Source: Trypanosoma brucei (lineage: Eukaryota). Taken from it: a stretch of 64,000 nucleotides of DNA. The notes beneath the pieces are model-generated. The model ran no database searches. It saw nothing but the letters and a program-made list of their open reading frames with translations, and was not told where the DNA came from. The position numbers and the translations under genes were made by a program. Positions 52,801-62,836 of the stretch are shown here, piece by piece. How positions within the stretch are numbered: the stretch's first letter is position 1; the number at the start of each line of letters is the position of its first letter. The stretch spans positions 3,008,001-3,072,000 of the forward strand of contig CM000208.1 in assembly GCA_000002445.1 (NCBI GenBank). The letters are read 5' to 3'.

Positions 52801-55254
52801 TCAATAGCTTCTCCCAAATAAAACCCACTTCTGCGCCGGTTTATCACAAGATCTGCATATGCACTTCTTTCCTTCCACAGATTCGGGCTGTTCAAACGGT
52901 ATGCACAGAGCCTTCGCTCCCATACTCGGCGCACGGGCGTCCTCCCGCTCCTCTTGGGTCTGCAATGCCTTAGACTCCTCAGCGCTGTCCTTCTTCACCT
53001 GATCTTCGCACGATTCGGCGCCACACCACGGCGCGAGCACGAGCGATTTATTGTTAATTGCTGCAGTGAAGTCATCCCATCGCGTTATCTTCTTTCGGTT
53101 CTCCTCCGCCTCCTTCGATGCCCTCTGGAACATGATGTTGTGAATTTCGTTGAGCAAGTCAGACATTGTCTCAGCGATGCGACCGTCCCAGGGTACGCTG
53201 CGACGTTGACCGTCACAGCGCAATACCAACGATAACTGTTTCGTTTCCATTTCCTTCGGTCCAAGTTCCACACGGACAGGCACACCCTTAAGCTCCCAGT
53301 GGTTAAAGCGCCAGCCGGGACTGTAGTTGTTGCGCAGGTCAGCCTTCACCCGGATGCCAGCGGTGCGGAGCTCCCCTTCGAGTGCCTTACACCCGTCCAG
53401 AAGCACGTTGCGCTGTTCTTGTCGAGTGTCTTTGGTGATGCCAACGGGAATTATAACAACCTGCAAGCAGGCAACGCGTGGTGGCAATACTATGCCGCGG
53501 TCATCACCGTGCACCATAATGGTAACACCAATGACACGGGTGGACAAACCCCACGAATTTTGCCACGGAATCAGGGTTGAGTCATCATTTTTGTCTGGGT
53601 CCTGGAAACAAATGTTGAACATCTTTCCGAAGTTCTGACCCAAGTTGTGACTGGTGCCACCCTGGCAGCCACGACCGACAGCTGCAATGTATGTTTCCAC
53701 TGTTGTCGTGTAGTACCCCCCAGCAAACTTCTCCTTTTCCGTCTTTTTGCCCTTCACAACTGGTACGGCAAGTAGATCAGTGTAAACAGCCGCATAGTGA
53801 TCAAGAATTTCCAAAACTTCACGGGAGCATTCCTCTTCGGTCTGCCACGCGCAGTGACCCTCTTGCCAGAGGAACTCCCGCGTACGAATGAAAGGCATAG
53901 GGTGTGAAAATTCCCATCGCACAACACTGTTCCATGCATTCAAGCGAACTGGAAGGTCCCGGTGCGAACGGATCCACTTGGCGTAGTACGGGTACATAAC
54001 TGTCTCGCTTGTGGGACGAATCGCGACGGGAACTTCGAGGTCGGATTCGCCTGCTTTGGTTACCCATGCCACCTCCGGGGCGAAGCCTTCAATGTGATCT
54101 TTTTCCCGCTCCAAGCACGTCTTGGACACGAACATAGGGAAATAGCAGTCCTCAACACCCATCGCCTCAATGCGGCTGCCAAAGAACTTTTGGACGCTTT
54201 TCCAAATAAAGAAGGACCAAGGACGCATTATGTAACAACCGGAGACGTCATAATACTCAATCATTTCCGCCTTCGTAATAACCTCCGTGTACCATTGAGA
54301 GAAGTTATCGCGTCGACTCGCCATGATTCCCAGTTTGGTTTCGCCCTTGGTGTCTCCCTTGGCTTCGCCTACCGAGGGCCCGGGCGCCACCTTTGTTTTT
54401 TTTGCATCAGTAGTGGCGGGCGCGGTGGTCGCCTTCTCTGAAAAGTCGACAACAATATATGGAAAATCAATTTTCTGCAAGAAATCCTGGAGCTGCGTCG
54501 GTGTTATTAAAGTACTCTTGTCGTTACGACATGGATGAAAAACAACTGGAAGGGTGCTGTCGACCAACGCCTTGTCCAGGGCGACTTTTACGTCCTTCGC
54601 GCCATTATTAACCAATGCAAAGGGTGTCACGCTACCCTGCACAACACCCAACTTTTCAAGTAAAAGGTCTTCCGACGCAAAGCGGAGGTCCTTCGTTTTC
54701 ATGGCGTTCTGTACCGTTTTCATGTTAGTTTTGGTTGTATGTAATGCTGAAACGAGAACCAATTCACCCTTTGAACTCTTGAGAAACAAGTTCTTGGTGC
54801 CAATGCAAGGGACCTCAAATCGACCTAGTTCCTTGTTCGCCTCTTCCACCGTGTGCTTCTCTTCATGAGAAATAGTTGGAAGACTTAAACCCAAGCTCTG
54901 CAGCACTTGCAAGAGCTCCGCCTCGCCTCGACAATTACTTGCTGACATTGTTCTGGGTGCTTTTGTGCTCTGCTCTGTTGTGGTGGTAAAGGGGGAGTTT
55001 ACACTAGGGCGCAAATTTGAACATAATGGTCCATGCACTTCACTGCGATGTCGTTGAGAGTAGCACCGCGCTGAATAACAGGCAGCAGCAGCATGACTGT
55101 TAATAACTCTCCGTGTCACTGCGGAGAACAGCAGGCCCCGCCGCTGCCTCTGGCGCAAGGCGGCGCAACTCCAACAGCGCGACAGGAGAGGACTAAGGTT
55201 ATTGCGGATACATGTTGCCATCAGCATTGAAGCTTTTGGAGTGAACAGCACCAA
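52801..55254 (-). CDS. Prolyl-tRNA synthetase (eukaryotic/archaeal-type class II) with an N-terminal YbaK/ProX-like deacylase domain. The long form (817 aa) carries a presequence-like N-terminal extension. An internal Met at 54948 gives a 715-aa form.
   Basis: YbaK-like region (LVLVSALHTTKTNMKTVQNAMKTKDLRFASEDLL...GSVTPFALVNN). Class II ProRS catalytic-core motifs (YDVSGCYIMRPWSFFIWKSVQKFFGSRIEAMGVEDCYFPMFV; GGYYTTTVETYIAAVGRGCQGGTSHNLGQNFGKMF). The C-terminal Zn-binding-type end CICRSCDKPAQKWVLFGRSY is typical of eukaryote-type ProRS. The 102-aa N-terminal extension is Arg/Ser/Leu-rich and almost acid-free. Confidence 0.85.
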   Translation of the reverse strand: MVLFTPKASMLMATCIRNNLSPLLSRCWSCAALRQRQRRGLLFSAVTRRVINSHAAAACYSARCYSQRHRSEVHGPLCSNLRPSVNSPFTTTTEQSTKAPRTMSASNCRGEAELLQVLQSLGLSLPTISHEEKHTVEEANKELGRFEVPCIGTKNLFLKSSKGELVLVSALHTTKTNMKTVQNAMKTKDLRFASEDLLLEKLGVVQGSVTPFALVNNGAKDVKVALDKALVDSTLPVVFHPCRNDKSTLITPTQLQDFLQKIDFPYIVVDFSEKATTAPATTDAKKTKVAPGPSVGEAKGDTKGETKLGIMASRRDNFSQWYTEVITKAEMIEYYDVSGCYIMRPWSFFIWKSVQKFFGSRIEAMGVEDCYFPMFVSKTCLEREKDHIEGFAPEVAWVTKAGESDLEVPVAIRPTSETVMYPYYAKWIRSHRDLPVRLNAWNSVVRWEFSHPMPFIRTREFLWQEGHCAWQTEEECSREVLEILDHYAAVYTDLLAVPVVKGKKTEKEKFAGGYYTTTVETYIAAVGRGCQGGTSHNLGQNFGKMFNICFQDPDKNDDSTLIPWQNSWGLSTRVIGVTIMVHGDDRGIVLPPRVACLQVVIIPVGITKDTRQEQRNVLLDGCKALEGELRTAGIRVKADLRNNYSPGWRFNHWELKGVPVRVELGPKEMETKQLSLVLRCDGQRRSVPWDGRIAETMSDLLNEIHNIMFQRASKEAEENRKKITRWDDFTAAINNKSLVLAPWCGAESCEDQVKKDSAEESKALQTQEEREDARAPSMGAKALCIPFEQPESVEGKKCICRSCDKPAQKWVLFGRSY

Positions 55255-55511
55255 TCATGGTGGAAAAAGTGAAAAGGTATACGATGCACGACGAGGAAGA
55301 AAAAAAAGTACCTTCAATCACAACCTTCTTCCCCGCAGCGCATATAAAATGCGTCACGAGATTATGACGATAACGAAAAACAATAGTGCAACATGTTCAA
55401 TAGCAGATACAAAGCGAAGTGAGTAAGGGAACTGCTCAACTAACCTAGCTCCGAAAGACACAAACTGTTATCACGCCTTACTAATTCCTTCCTCACTCCG
55501 TCCAATGTGCG

Positions 55512-55982
55512 CTAGTGTACCAATGAGAACCTCATGTCTGGACTCATATGTCGCAACTCATCCAATTTATTCTTTCCGTAATTCATTTGCCACTCAATAC
55601 GAGTAATATACTTCCGCGATATGTTTGCACTCTTGTCAAATTCGGACCGTATGAATCGGCGAAGATTAGCCTGCGTTCGAAGATCCCTCATTCGTCTGGT
55701 TTCCTTGAGTAGATCACGGTAGAGTTGAAGTATTTCCCTTTGCACACCGCTAAGCCGAGGTCCCCGTGGTAATTGATGCTGCATTTCCGCAGGAGACGTT
55801 GGAGAAGCTGTGGACGCAGCGGCTGCAGAATGTCCAGGGGTCACAGAATTTCCAGAGTGTGATAAATTGTTTCCATACACTGCGTCTCTGTAAACCTTTG
55901 TCAAGGCATCAAAGGCAAAGTTGTGTGCGGTCCCTCCGCGATCGTTCACTCTGTGTCTGAGCCACTGTGAACAGTGCAGCAT
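55512..55982 (-). CDS. LYR-motif (Complex1_LYR / LYRM family) protein. Core of about 90 aa (55512-55784, from MQHQLPRG), with a possible N-terminal extension to 55982.
   Basis: REILQLYRDLLKETRRMRDLRTQANLRRFIRSEFDKSANISR fits the L-Y-R...F-R pattern of LYRM/ISD11/SDHAF1-type proteins. Alternative Met codons at 55982 (cat 55980-82) and 55784 (cat 55782-84). The track ORF extends to 56117 through a hydrophobic low-complexity head. Confidence 0.5.
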   Translation of the reverse strand: MLHCSQWLRHRVNDRGGTAHNFAFDALTKVYRDAVYGNNLSHSGNSVTPGHSAAAASTASPTSPAEMQHQLPRGPRLSGVQREILQLYRDLLKETRRMRDLRTQANLRRFIRSEFDKSANISRKYITRIEWQMNYGKNKLDELRHMSPDMRFSLVH

Positions 55983-56215
55983 CCTCCCAAGACTGACCAA
56001 CTTTGTGAAAACACGAGGGTAAAAAATGGTAGGGACAAATGAATCAGAAACCCGGAGCACAACCAAACTTGTGCACTCACAGATGCACAATAACAACCAA
56101 AACCACGAAGATACCAATGGGATAATAAGCTTGCAAACGACCCCTACGCCTTTTCCCCTAAATGTGTTTCATCCGCTTCACCCCCACGTACACCCTTTTC
56201 ACATGGCAACGCGTT

Positions 56216-59032
56216 TCAATCAAGGAAATCGTAGACTTCATTGTCAAGGAAGCCCTCCATGTTATCTGGCACATTTCTGTCAGAGTTTTTCACGCGGTCC
56301 TTACTTTGAGTCCACGGGTTGGTGACAAGAATGCCTGGGCACAGGAGCAACTCCGATGTGTGCTCCATATCCCGGAAAAACGCCACTTCCTCTTGTACAC
56401 CAACCAGGCGGAGAGGCATTTTACTGTTCTTTCCGCGGACTAAGGTCCCCACCGCTGCATCAAACGATGCCGCAGCAGCTGCGGATTGGCCGCTTTCATC
56501 ATAAAAGCGGAGCGGATGCCTGCTCTTTGCGACCGTCGACCACGGAAGGAGGTATCCAACAAAACGTGATGCCGTGTCGCCTGTGGGATTCACTATAGCG
56601 CAGGCCTCTCGCACAGACCCAGTGGTCCCAAGCCACAACCACTTTCTGCTAGAGTCACGTGTGGGCGAAAGCTCGTCCAGGAGGTCCCAGCGCGACGCAT
56701 CGCCGCTGAAGCTACGGTGTGCGGGAGGGTAAACAACATGCCTTTTCCACAACTCCGAGTCGCCACTGCCACCCGTTTGTAGTGACAAGTTCTGACCGTC
56801 GCACCCGAGAGGGTAAGACCAACCAAATGCACTAAACTCCGTACAAGTGGGGTCTGGAACCAGCATATCCAACAACGAACGGAGCACCATACAGTTAGTA
56901 GGAGCCTGCCAATGCGCTTCCTGTTCTCTGCCCCCGGGGTCACAACACGAGCAGTATTCGTGGTGCAACAACAACATTGTCCACAGAAGTCGATGGCGCA
57001 TCATCCGTTGTATGTCAAACTTCCCGGATTCGGTGCCCTCCCTTCCGCTTTGATTATGGTTCGTCAAGCTACTCCCTCCAACTTTTGTTCTCTCCCAAAC
57101 ACCGAAGAAGGCGTTTGCCGCTGTATTCGAGTAGGCTCTTCCTTTCAACCAGTTCACGCACTGCTGTGAGTGGAGCACAAGGGCCTGTATTGCTACGAGG
57201 CGCAGTCCTTCCACCACCGCTATAACATCCTGCTGGAAGGGATGCTGAAGGACGTGTCGTGCAGTGAAAAGCGGCGAGTGGCCTCCCGCGTGGTGTTCAA
57301 TATCGGATATGGCTGCGGTAATTTCGCCATTGTCACCGAGTGACCTCCACACACTGGAGTGAGATGAGCACTCATCAAGTGCATTGTAATAGCGTAGCAG
57401 TGATGTCTCAAGAACACGGAAGGCAACGTTACGAAGCAAGGTGGCAACGTCATTGCGAGAAGCAACCGTGCCTCCCGCAAGAAGCACAGATCCTTCACAA
57501 CCTTCTTCCATTAGGCTTGCTTTCTTTTCCACCATCACGGCCCTTACGAGGTGGCGCGCCGCTCGGTAAAAAAAGTGAAGCACTTGAAGTTGCTGCTGTG
57601 GGGTCTCTCCTGGGAAGCATACGTAATCACCAACCGATCCGCGTGACGGGCGCTGGCCTTTCTGCATCTTTTCTTTAATGTCGGACAGGAGCCGCTCGCA
57701 AAGGTCCTTGAGAGCATGAACACGTGGTTTATGGGGAAGTAGCGCGTAGTGGTGTTCCGCAGACTGTCCCTGTAGCCTTTGTAGCTCACTGATGGCGTTG
57801 TAAATAATTGTTTGAATGCTCCCAAACGAAAGGGGGAGTAGCGTCCCGATACCGGTATCAAGCACTTGGCTGACAAATTCGGCCAGCGGTACGATACATC
57901 GGAGGATTACAGACGGCTCGTCCAGCTTTAATTTCACTTCGACAGGCACCACGGGCGCTGAAGTCATATCTCTTTCCTCATTGCTCCCAACTCCCACTCG
58001 TGAATCAACTGACAACCGCAACAACACGCGTCGCAGCTTATCATCATCCCCAACGAAAACACTCAAAGAAGGACTGTTAGTTGCCGGACCACCAGTGCTC
58101 CGGGGTGAGGTATCAAACCAGTCGTTGTAGAACCGCGCGTAAGCAGTGCGAACGCTGCCGTGAATAAGCAACGGCGCCTCGCCCCTCCAGAAAAAACATT
58201 TTTCCAGAGAATCAGTTACAGGATTTATCGATGCGGAACAACAGCTCCTCGATTGCCCTGTTTCCGCTGGGTGGCGTTGGCCCCATAAACCAAAAAGCGC
58301 CACCATCTTGCATATGACATCGTTAACTTCTTGTTTAACCGCTTCGTCACTGATATGGAGGGACTGACGGGCGAAATTGTGCAGCAAAAACTCCAGAGAC
58401 GGCCACTCGTGGCGGGACATATCCTCCAAACTCATCTCACTGAGGTTGTTGACGTAGAGCGCCACGTGTCCAACAACTATCTGCATTGGCATATTGGCAA
58501 CACTGAGTAGCCATTCCACTATCACAGGCAGCAGCGGTCGCACCGCCGAGTGCGTCGCAACAAGGGGAATTAGAGGAGTTAGTAAACGTTCTGTTAATAG
58601 AATTATCGAACCCCCTGAGTGTCCGCATCGTATTGCCCACCCACATCCCTCCGGCCCGACCGCATATCCCAAACGCTTCGTCACTTCCACCGCCAGGAGC
58701 GGGTGGAGTTCACCACTATGACTACGGTCCAGAAACAATGTCAGTAACGCATCGACGCGACCTGGCGATTCCCACCAGCGGACCGATACCTTTTGTTGCT
58801 CACGAAGAAAACGACGCACGGCAACAGAAGTTGAATTCAAAACTACTGAAGTTTCCCCTTTTGAGCTCGTATTTGTGCTCCCTAAACGGTGACCGTTCCC
58901 TTGAGTTACCCCACCTTTTGATGGGCCGCAATGGTATCGAGTGGCGGTACCACGAGGACATACAACCGCAAAGCGAGGCACCACCCGTCGTGCTACCGGG
59001 GGGAACATGATCAGCTTTCCCCAAAACACCAT
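56216..59032 (-). CDS. Hypothetical protein (938 aa), with a presequence-like N-terminus (MVFWGKLIMFPPVARRVVPRFAVVCPRG)
   Basis: Long uninterrupted minus-strand ORF of ordinary amino-acid composition (not low complexity). No family signature recognised by eye. Confidence 0.58.
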   Translation of the reverse strand: MVFWGKLIMFPPVARRVVPRFAVVCPRGTATRYHCGPSKGGVTQGNGHRLGSTNTSSKGETSVVLNSTSVAVRRFLREQQKVSVRWWESPGRVDALLTLFLDRSHSGELHPLLAVEVTKRLGYAVGPEGCGWAIRCGHSGGSIILLTERLLTPLIPLVATHSAVRPLLPVIVEWLLSVANMPMQIVVGHVALYVNNLSEMSLEDMSRHEWPSLEFLLHNFARQSLHISDEAVKQEVNDVICKMVALFGLWGQRHPAETGQSRSCCSASINPVTDSLEKCFFWRGEAPLLIHGSVRTAYARFYNDWFDTSPRSTGGPATNSPSLSVFVGDDDKLRRVLLRLSVDSRVGVGSNEERDMTSAPVVPVEVKLKLDEPSVILRCIVPLAEFVSQVLDTGIGTLLPLSFGSIQTIIYNAISELQRLQGQSAEHHYALLPHKPRVHALKDLCERLLSDIKEKMQKGQRPSRGSVGDYVCFPGETPQQQLQVLHFFYRAARHLVRAVMVEKKASLMEEGCEGSVLLAGGTVASRNDVATLLRNVAFRVLETSLLRYYNALDECSSHSSVWRSLGDNGEITAAISDIEHHAGGHSPLFTARHVLQHPFQQDVIAVVEGLRLVAIQALVLHSQQCVNWLKGRAYSNTAANAFFGVWERTKVGGSSLTNHNQSGREGTESGKFDIQRMMRHRLLWTMLLLHHEYCSCCDPGGREQEAHWQAPTNCMVLRSLLDMLVPDPTCTEFSAFGWSYPLGCDGQNLSLQTGGSGDSELWKRHVVYPPAHRSFSGDASRWDLLDELSPTRDSSRKWLWLGTTGSVREACAIVNPTGDTASRFVGYLLPWSTVAKSRHPLRFYDESGQSAAAAASFDAAVGTLVRGKNSKMPLRLVGVQEEVAFFRDMEHTSELLLCPGILVTNPWTQSKDRVKNSDRNVPDNMEGFLDNEVYDFLD

Positions 59033-59728
59033 CGTTTAACAGCAGTGGCGGTACGAGGGTATAATTACGATGCAAACAAAGACAAAACAGTGCAAAAGTT
59101 AGATGTTTAAGCCGGTCCACAGTAACCCTTCTACACAGAAATACGAAGGATGAAAACTAAATGTAACGAAGGACAGTGCGGTGCCTCTTACCCAGTAACA
59201 CTTGGTTTAAGGATTTTCACTGCAAGTACCAACCGACTCCGAACTCTCCAGAGCCAGCGGTAACGACAACAACTTGCTTTCGTAAACAAACATCTCGCTT
59301 CATTGCAACGTCAAAGAGAATTTAAAATCATTTGTTGTGGGAAGTGGCAATAAGAGCGGTGGTAACGAACACTTACATACGGAGGAGGAGTAACAGTTGG
59401 TAACGACATCATGAAGAGAAAACCATGATAATAATGACAAAAGCAACGAACCTGCTGATCTAATGTGAATAGGGACCCTTGTAAACGAATGCACGATTGT
59501 TAGTAACAAAATTTTTGTTGGCACCTCCGTTAAAAACTTTTATTACTTACACCACACGCTTGTTAGCATCAATAGATAGCCCCTGTCATCCAACCGCCAA
59601 GTACTAAAAAATGTAAAAATAAAAAATGAAAACCACAATTTATTCCTTATTGTCGTGAAAGTCTAAATCAAAATAACAAACCACATCATTGGTTTGGCCA
59701 CAGACGCGCGGCATCTGTTCTGCCGTAT

Positions 59729-62700
59729 CTATCTTCGGCATAGACGCACTGACGCCCACCTCCCCGCGAGGTTGGGGTCGTTTTGCGAAAGGGGAAACAA
59801 TCTGGGGGAATTGCTATTAGTTGCATTGCATGATTGGATATACAGTGAGTCACATCGGCCTGGGGAAGACACGGACCTTCGTTGGGTCAACTCGCCTGTA
59901 ACCACCTGCTGCCTACCCAACGGAGCCACAACGTCAATACCCAGCTGCGATCTAGCAGCGGTAAACCCATCGGCAGATGCGTCCCTATCAGATTCTGTCG
60001 ATCTTCGGCCCGCGAAATCTTCAAAAACGAAGGGTGGTAACGTCATTCTGCCGCTAAGTGGTGATGGCGGCAGACTCCGTGGTGTTTCCCTGGGGTACGC
60101 CACCCCACCACCAGGCTTTGGACTGGGCATGGGTGTCCATTTCGACTGCCCCTGCGAGTGTATGAACAAGCCGGGTATGCGGTTCTTCGCACCGCTCTTA
60201 ACTGCAGACACGCTTAAAGGTTGAATTGGGAAGCCGTGGCCTACCTGTTGCATTGGTTGATTTTCCTTTTGTTCTTCAAAAGGTCCCTTGGGCATCCGGC
60301 TATGCTGTATCCGAACTACGGCGGGACTTCCCTTATTTTCCACCACGTTCATCGACTGCTGTTGGAATAACCACCTGATTGCTTCAGTAAGCATCAAACG
60401 CAACGTATGACTAAATTCGTCCAGCTGTTGTTCCAGATGCTTCTGTAGGTGCGCCAAACCGCCGTCATACAATGAATGCAAGACTGGCACACGGTTTCTC
60501 ACACCCAAAAACTCTGAATCGACTGAAAGTTGTGCTTCAGTATCATTTCGATGCGATGGACAGACATTCTCCTCTACATTGTTAGTTATCTCTTCTTTCG
60601 CAGCACAACCTGTCACACATGTATTCCTCTGCGGCTCTACACTCTTTGGCTGCAGATGCGGCCGCTGTGCCAACTGGCACTCTTCCCTCTCGCATACATC
60701 ATACGCTACGGGAGTCGCTTTCATCTCTACACGCAGCGTCGAGCGGTGGGTGTATAAGTTCCTCATCCGCTTCTCCAATTGAGCTACACACTCTCCGGCG
60801 CAATGTAAAAGTTCGGCAGTACTTTCACAACCTTTCAACGTTGTTGTTGAGGCATCAGAACCCCCTCTAAAAACTACAGGGGTACCACACTCCTCAGATA
60901 GCATCACAATCTCTGAGGATTTGAGCGCTTCCAAAGATTCAACGAGTGCCATTAGTTTCGGGTGGTCAGACACTGATGTTACACCCTTGTTGCACACACC
61001 CATATTCACTCGCCTCAGCACGTGTGAAAGTTGGTCCGCAACCCACTTTCTCCGAGACTCACCACACTGTAATGCAGCAACCACATGGAGTAACTGAGTT
61101 TCAATGTCCTGAGTTTGAGATACACTCATACTCAACGGGTCGTCACCGTCATCAAGGCCAACAGCATCTGTGAAGCAACCGCCGTTTGAGTCTATGTTGC
61201 TCTCACATCCCCTTAACTCCGCTTTAAGTTCACTTATTCTCTGCTGCAATCGCTTGTTTTCTTCAACCCTCCTTTGGTCGAGCTCCCTTAGTCTTTTCAC
61301 CTGAGCCTCACTTTCCAAAAGGGCAGTTTTAACTGCATTGCACCTTGATATCACCGCTTTAAACTCCAATTCCCTCTCTTCAATGCGCTGCATCGTGCGC
61401 ATCGCGGTGAGTCGGGCTTGACGCAGTGCTGTCGCCAGGAGTTCTTGCTTTAATCTGACTACCTTTTCCCTCGCGAGCCACTCGTCCATCTCCCCAACCA
61501 ACTTTGCTTCAGCGCCTTCAGTGGAAATAGCCCAACTACATGGATGGGGTGCGACCGCACCCGGGGCACAACAGAACGGTAAGGCGGTAGGTCGCTGCAC
61601 GCTGCATTCGTCGCTCGCCACACCCGAAGGCTGTTCATCTGTTCCGCTTGTTCTCACATCGGCACCCTGCTCATATCCATAAGCAGCTGTCTCCCCCTTT
61701 GTGATCCCTCCTTCTCCATCCAAATCCTCCTTTACCTGCTGTCCCCAGTTGACGTTGGGCACGGCGGAGGTCGACACACCAGACGTCGGCGGAAACGGTT
61801 GTATGTCGTCTACATCCGCTGGTGACAGCACGTGCTGTCGCTGCGCCGACATGGTATTATGGTATTCCCAGAGACACCGAATTGCCACAGCGAGCTGATG
61901 CTCTGCAAACAAACAACGACGCTTCCAGTCGGCAGTGCCATTTCCCTCCACGTTGACCCCTCCTTGACCCACAGCCATAATAGAAGAACCAGAAAAATCC
62001 AAAGCACCTCCAAATCTCTGTGAGCCCTCCTCCCACATATAGCGGCAACCACTAGGCGAGCTCGCTTGGACTGGGGTGATTGCGCTGGTGTGGTGCCCTC
62101 GACGACGCCGCTTGGCGTTCCTTCCGCCCGTCAGCATGAATGAGAGTGGAGGCCGATGCCCATCATTCGCAATTTCCGTGATCGTCTCTGACGTTGCGTA
62201 GACCCCCTTCACAGGTGAAAGAGACCGCAATTTCTCCTGAGTAGGGTCGTTATGACTTGTATCAGCATTCACTGGGCACCCGCGAACGAGGAGCGTTTCA
62301 AAATGTGCGGGGTGCTCTTCCACACTACCAGAGGTGAAAACGGCACTTTGGGAATAAGCCGTCTCGGTCAGTAACTTTGACCGCAATGCTTCATCATCGT
62401 CTCCTGCGCCTCCCCCGCAATACAAGTTTCCTGAGTTCCGCTCCTCCACCAAAGCGTCCCGTCTGTGTGGTTCTATATGAGCGCTCCCTTCACGAACTGC
62501 GCATACCTCTTCCCCATTCCTGTTAACCATTAGTAAGTCAAAGGTCGGGATGCAGTGGGACGTCAGTCTTCCCTCAACGGACACCTCGCGGGGGGTGAGA
62601 ACAATGCTAGGAGTCCGCGGGGAGCAGCTGAACATGGGAGACATCCCTGGTCCCGCCACATCTTCCAGCACATCGGGAAGGCTCGAGTCTGTCACAGAGA

Positions 62701-62836
62701 TGGCATCACATCGACCGCGCGCAGGCAACTCAGGGGATGCCTGAGACGAAGAAGGGGAGCTGCTGCTGGTTGAAGCAGCAATATTGGAAGTTATTTCGGG
62801 GGCCACCGACACGACTTCTTGGTTGTCGCAGTTCAT
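59729..62836 (-). CDS. Hypothetical protein (1035 aa) with a central coiled-coil segment and Ser/Pro-rich disordered termini
   Basis: Long minus-strand ORF. Heptad-like region (EMDEWLAREKVVRLKQELLATALRQARLTAMRTMQRIEERELEFKAVISRCNAVKTALLESEAQVKRLRELDQRRVEENKRLQQRISELKAELR). No catalytic motif recognised. Confidence 0.58.
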   Translation of the reverse strand: MNCDNQEVVSVAPEITSNIAASTSSSSPSSSQASPELPARGRCDAISVTDSSLPDVLEDVAGPGMSPMFSCSPRTPSIVLTPREVSVEGRLTSHCIPTFDLLMVNRNGEEVCAVREGSAHIEPHRRDALVEERNSGNLYCGGGAGDDDEALRSKLLTETAYSQSAVFTSGSVEEHPAHFETLLVRGCPVNADTSHNDPTQEKLRSLSPVKGVYATSETITEIANDGHRPPLSFMLTGGRNAKRRRRGHHTSAITPVQASSPSGCRYMWEEGSQRFGGALDFSGSSIMAVGQGGVNVEGNGTADWKRRCLFAEHQLAVAIRCLWEYHNTMSAQRQHVLSPADVDDIQPFPPTSGVSTSAVPNVNWGQQVKEDLDGEGGITKGETAAYGYEQGADVRTSGTDEQPSGVASDECSVQRPTALPFCCAPGAVAPHPCSWAISTEGAEAKLVGEMDEWLAREKVVRLKQELLATALRQARLTAMRTMQRIEERELEFKAVISRCNAVKTALLESEAQVKRLRELDQRRVEENKRLQQRISELKAELRGCESNIDSNGGCFTDAVGLDDGDDPLSMSVSQTQDIETQLLHVVAALQCGESRRKWVADQLSHVLRRVNMGVCNKGVTSVSDHPKLMALVESLEALKSSEIVMLSEECGTPVVFRGGSDASTTTLKGCESTAELLHCAGECVAQLEKRMRNLYTHRSTLRVEMKATPVAYDVCEREECQLAQRPHLQPKSVEPQRNTCVTGCAAKEEITNNVEENVCPSHRNDTEAQLSVDSEFLGVRNRVPVLHSLYDGGLAHLQKHLEQQLDEFSHTLRLMLTEAIRWLFQQQSMNVVENKGSPAVVRIQHSRMPKGPFEEQKENQPMQQVGHGFPIQPLSVSAVKSGAKNRIPGLFIHSQGQSKWTPMPSPKPGGGVAYPRETPRSLPPSPLSGRMTLPPFVFEDFAGRRSTESDRDASADGFTAARSQLGIDVVAPLGRQQVVTGELTQRRSVSSPGRCDSLYIQSCNATNSNSPRLFPLSQNDPNLAGRWASVRLCRR

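Noticed and set aside
52449-52934. 161-aa minus-strand ORF overlapping the 3' end of the ProRS gene in another frame
   Set aside because: It overlaps the terminal 130 nt of a well-supported CDS, and its distal part is hydrophobic low complexity from the 3'UTR.
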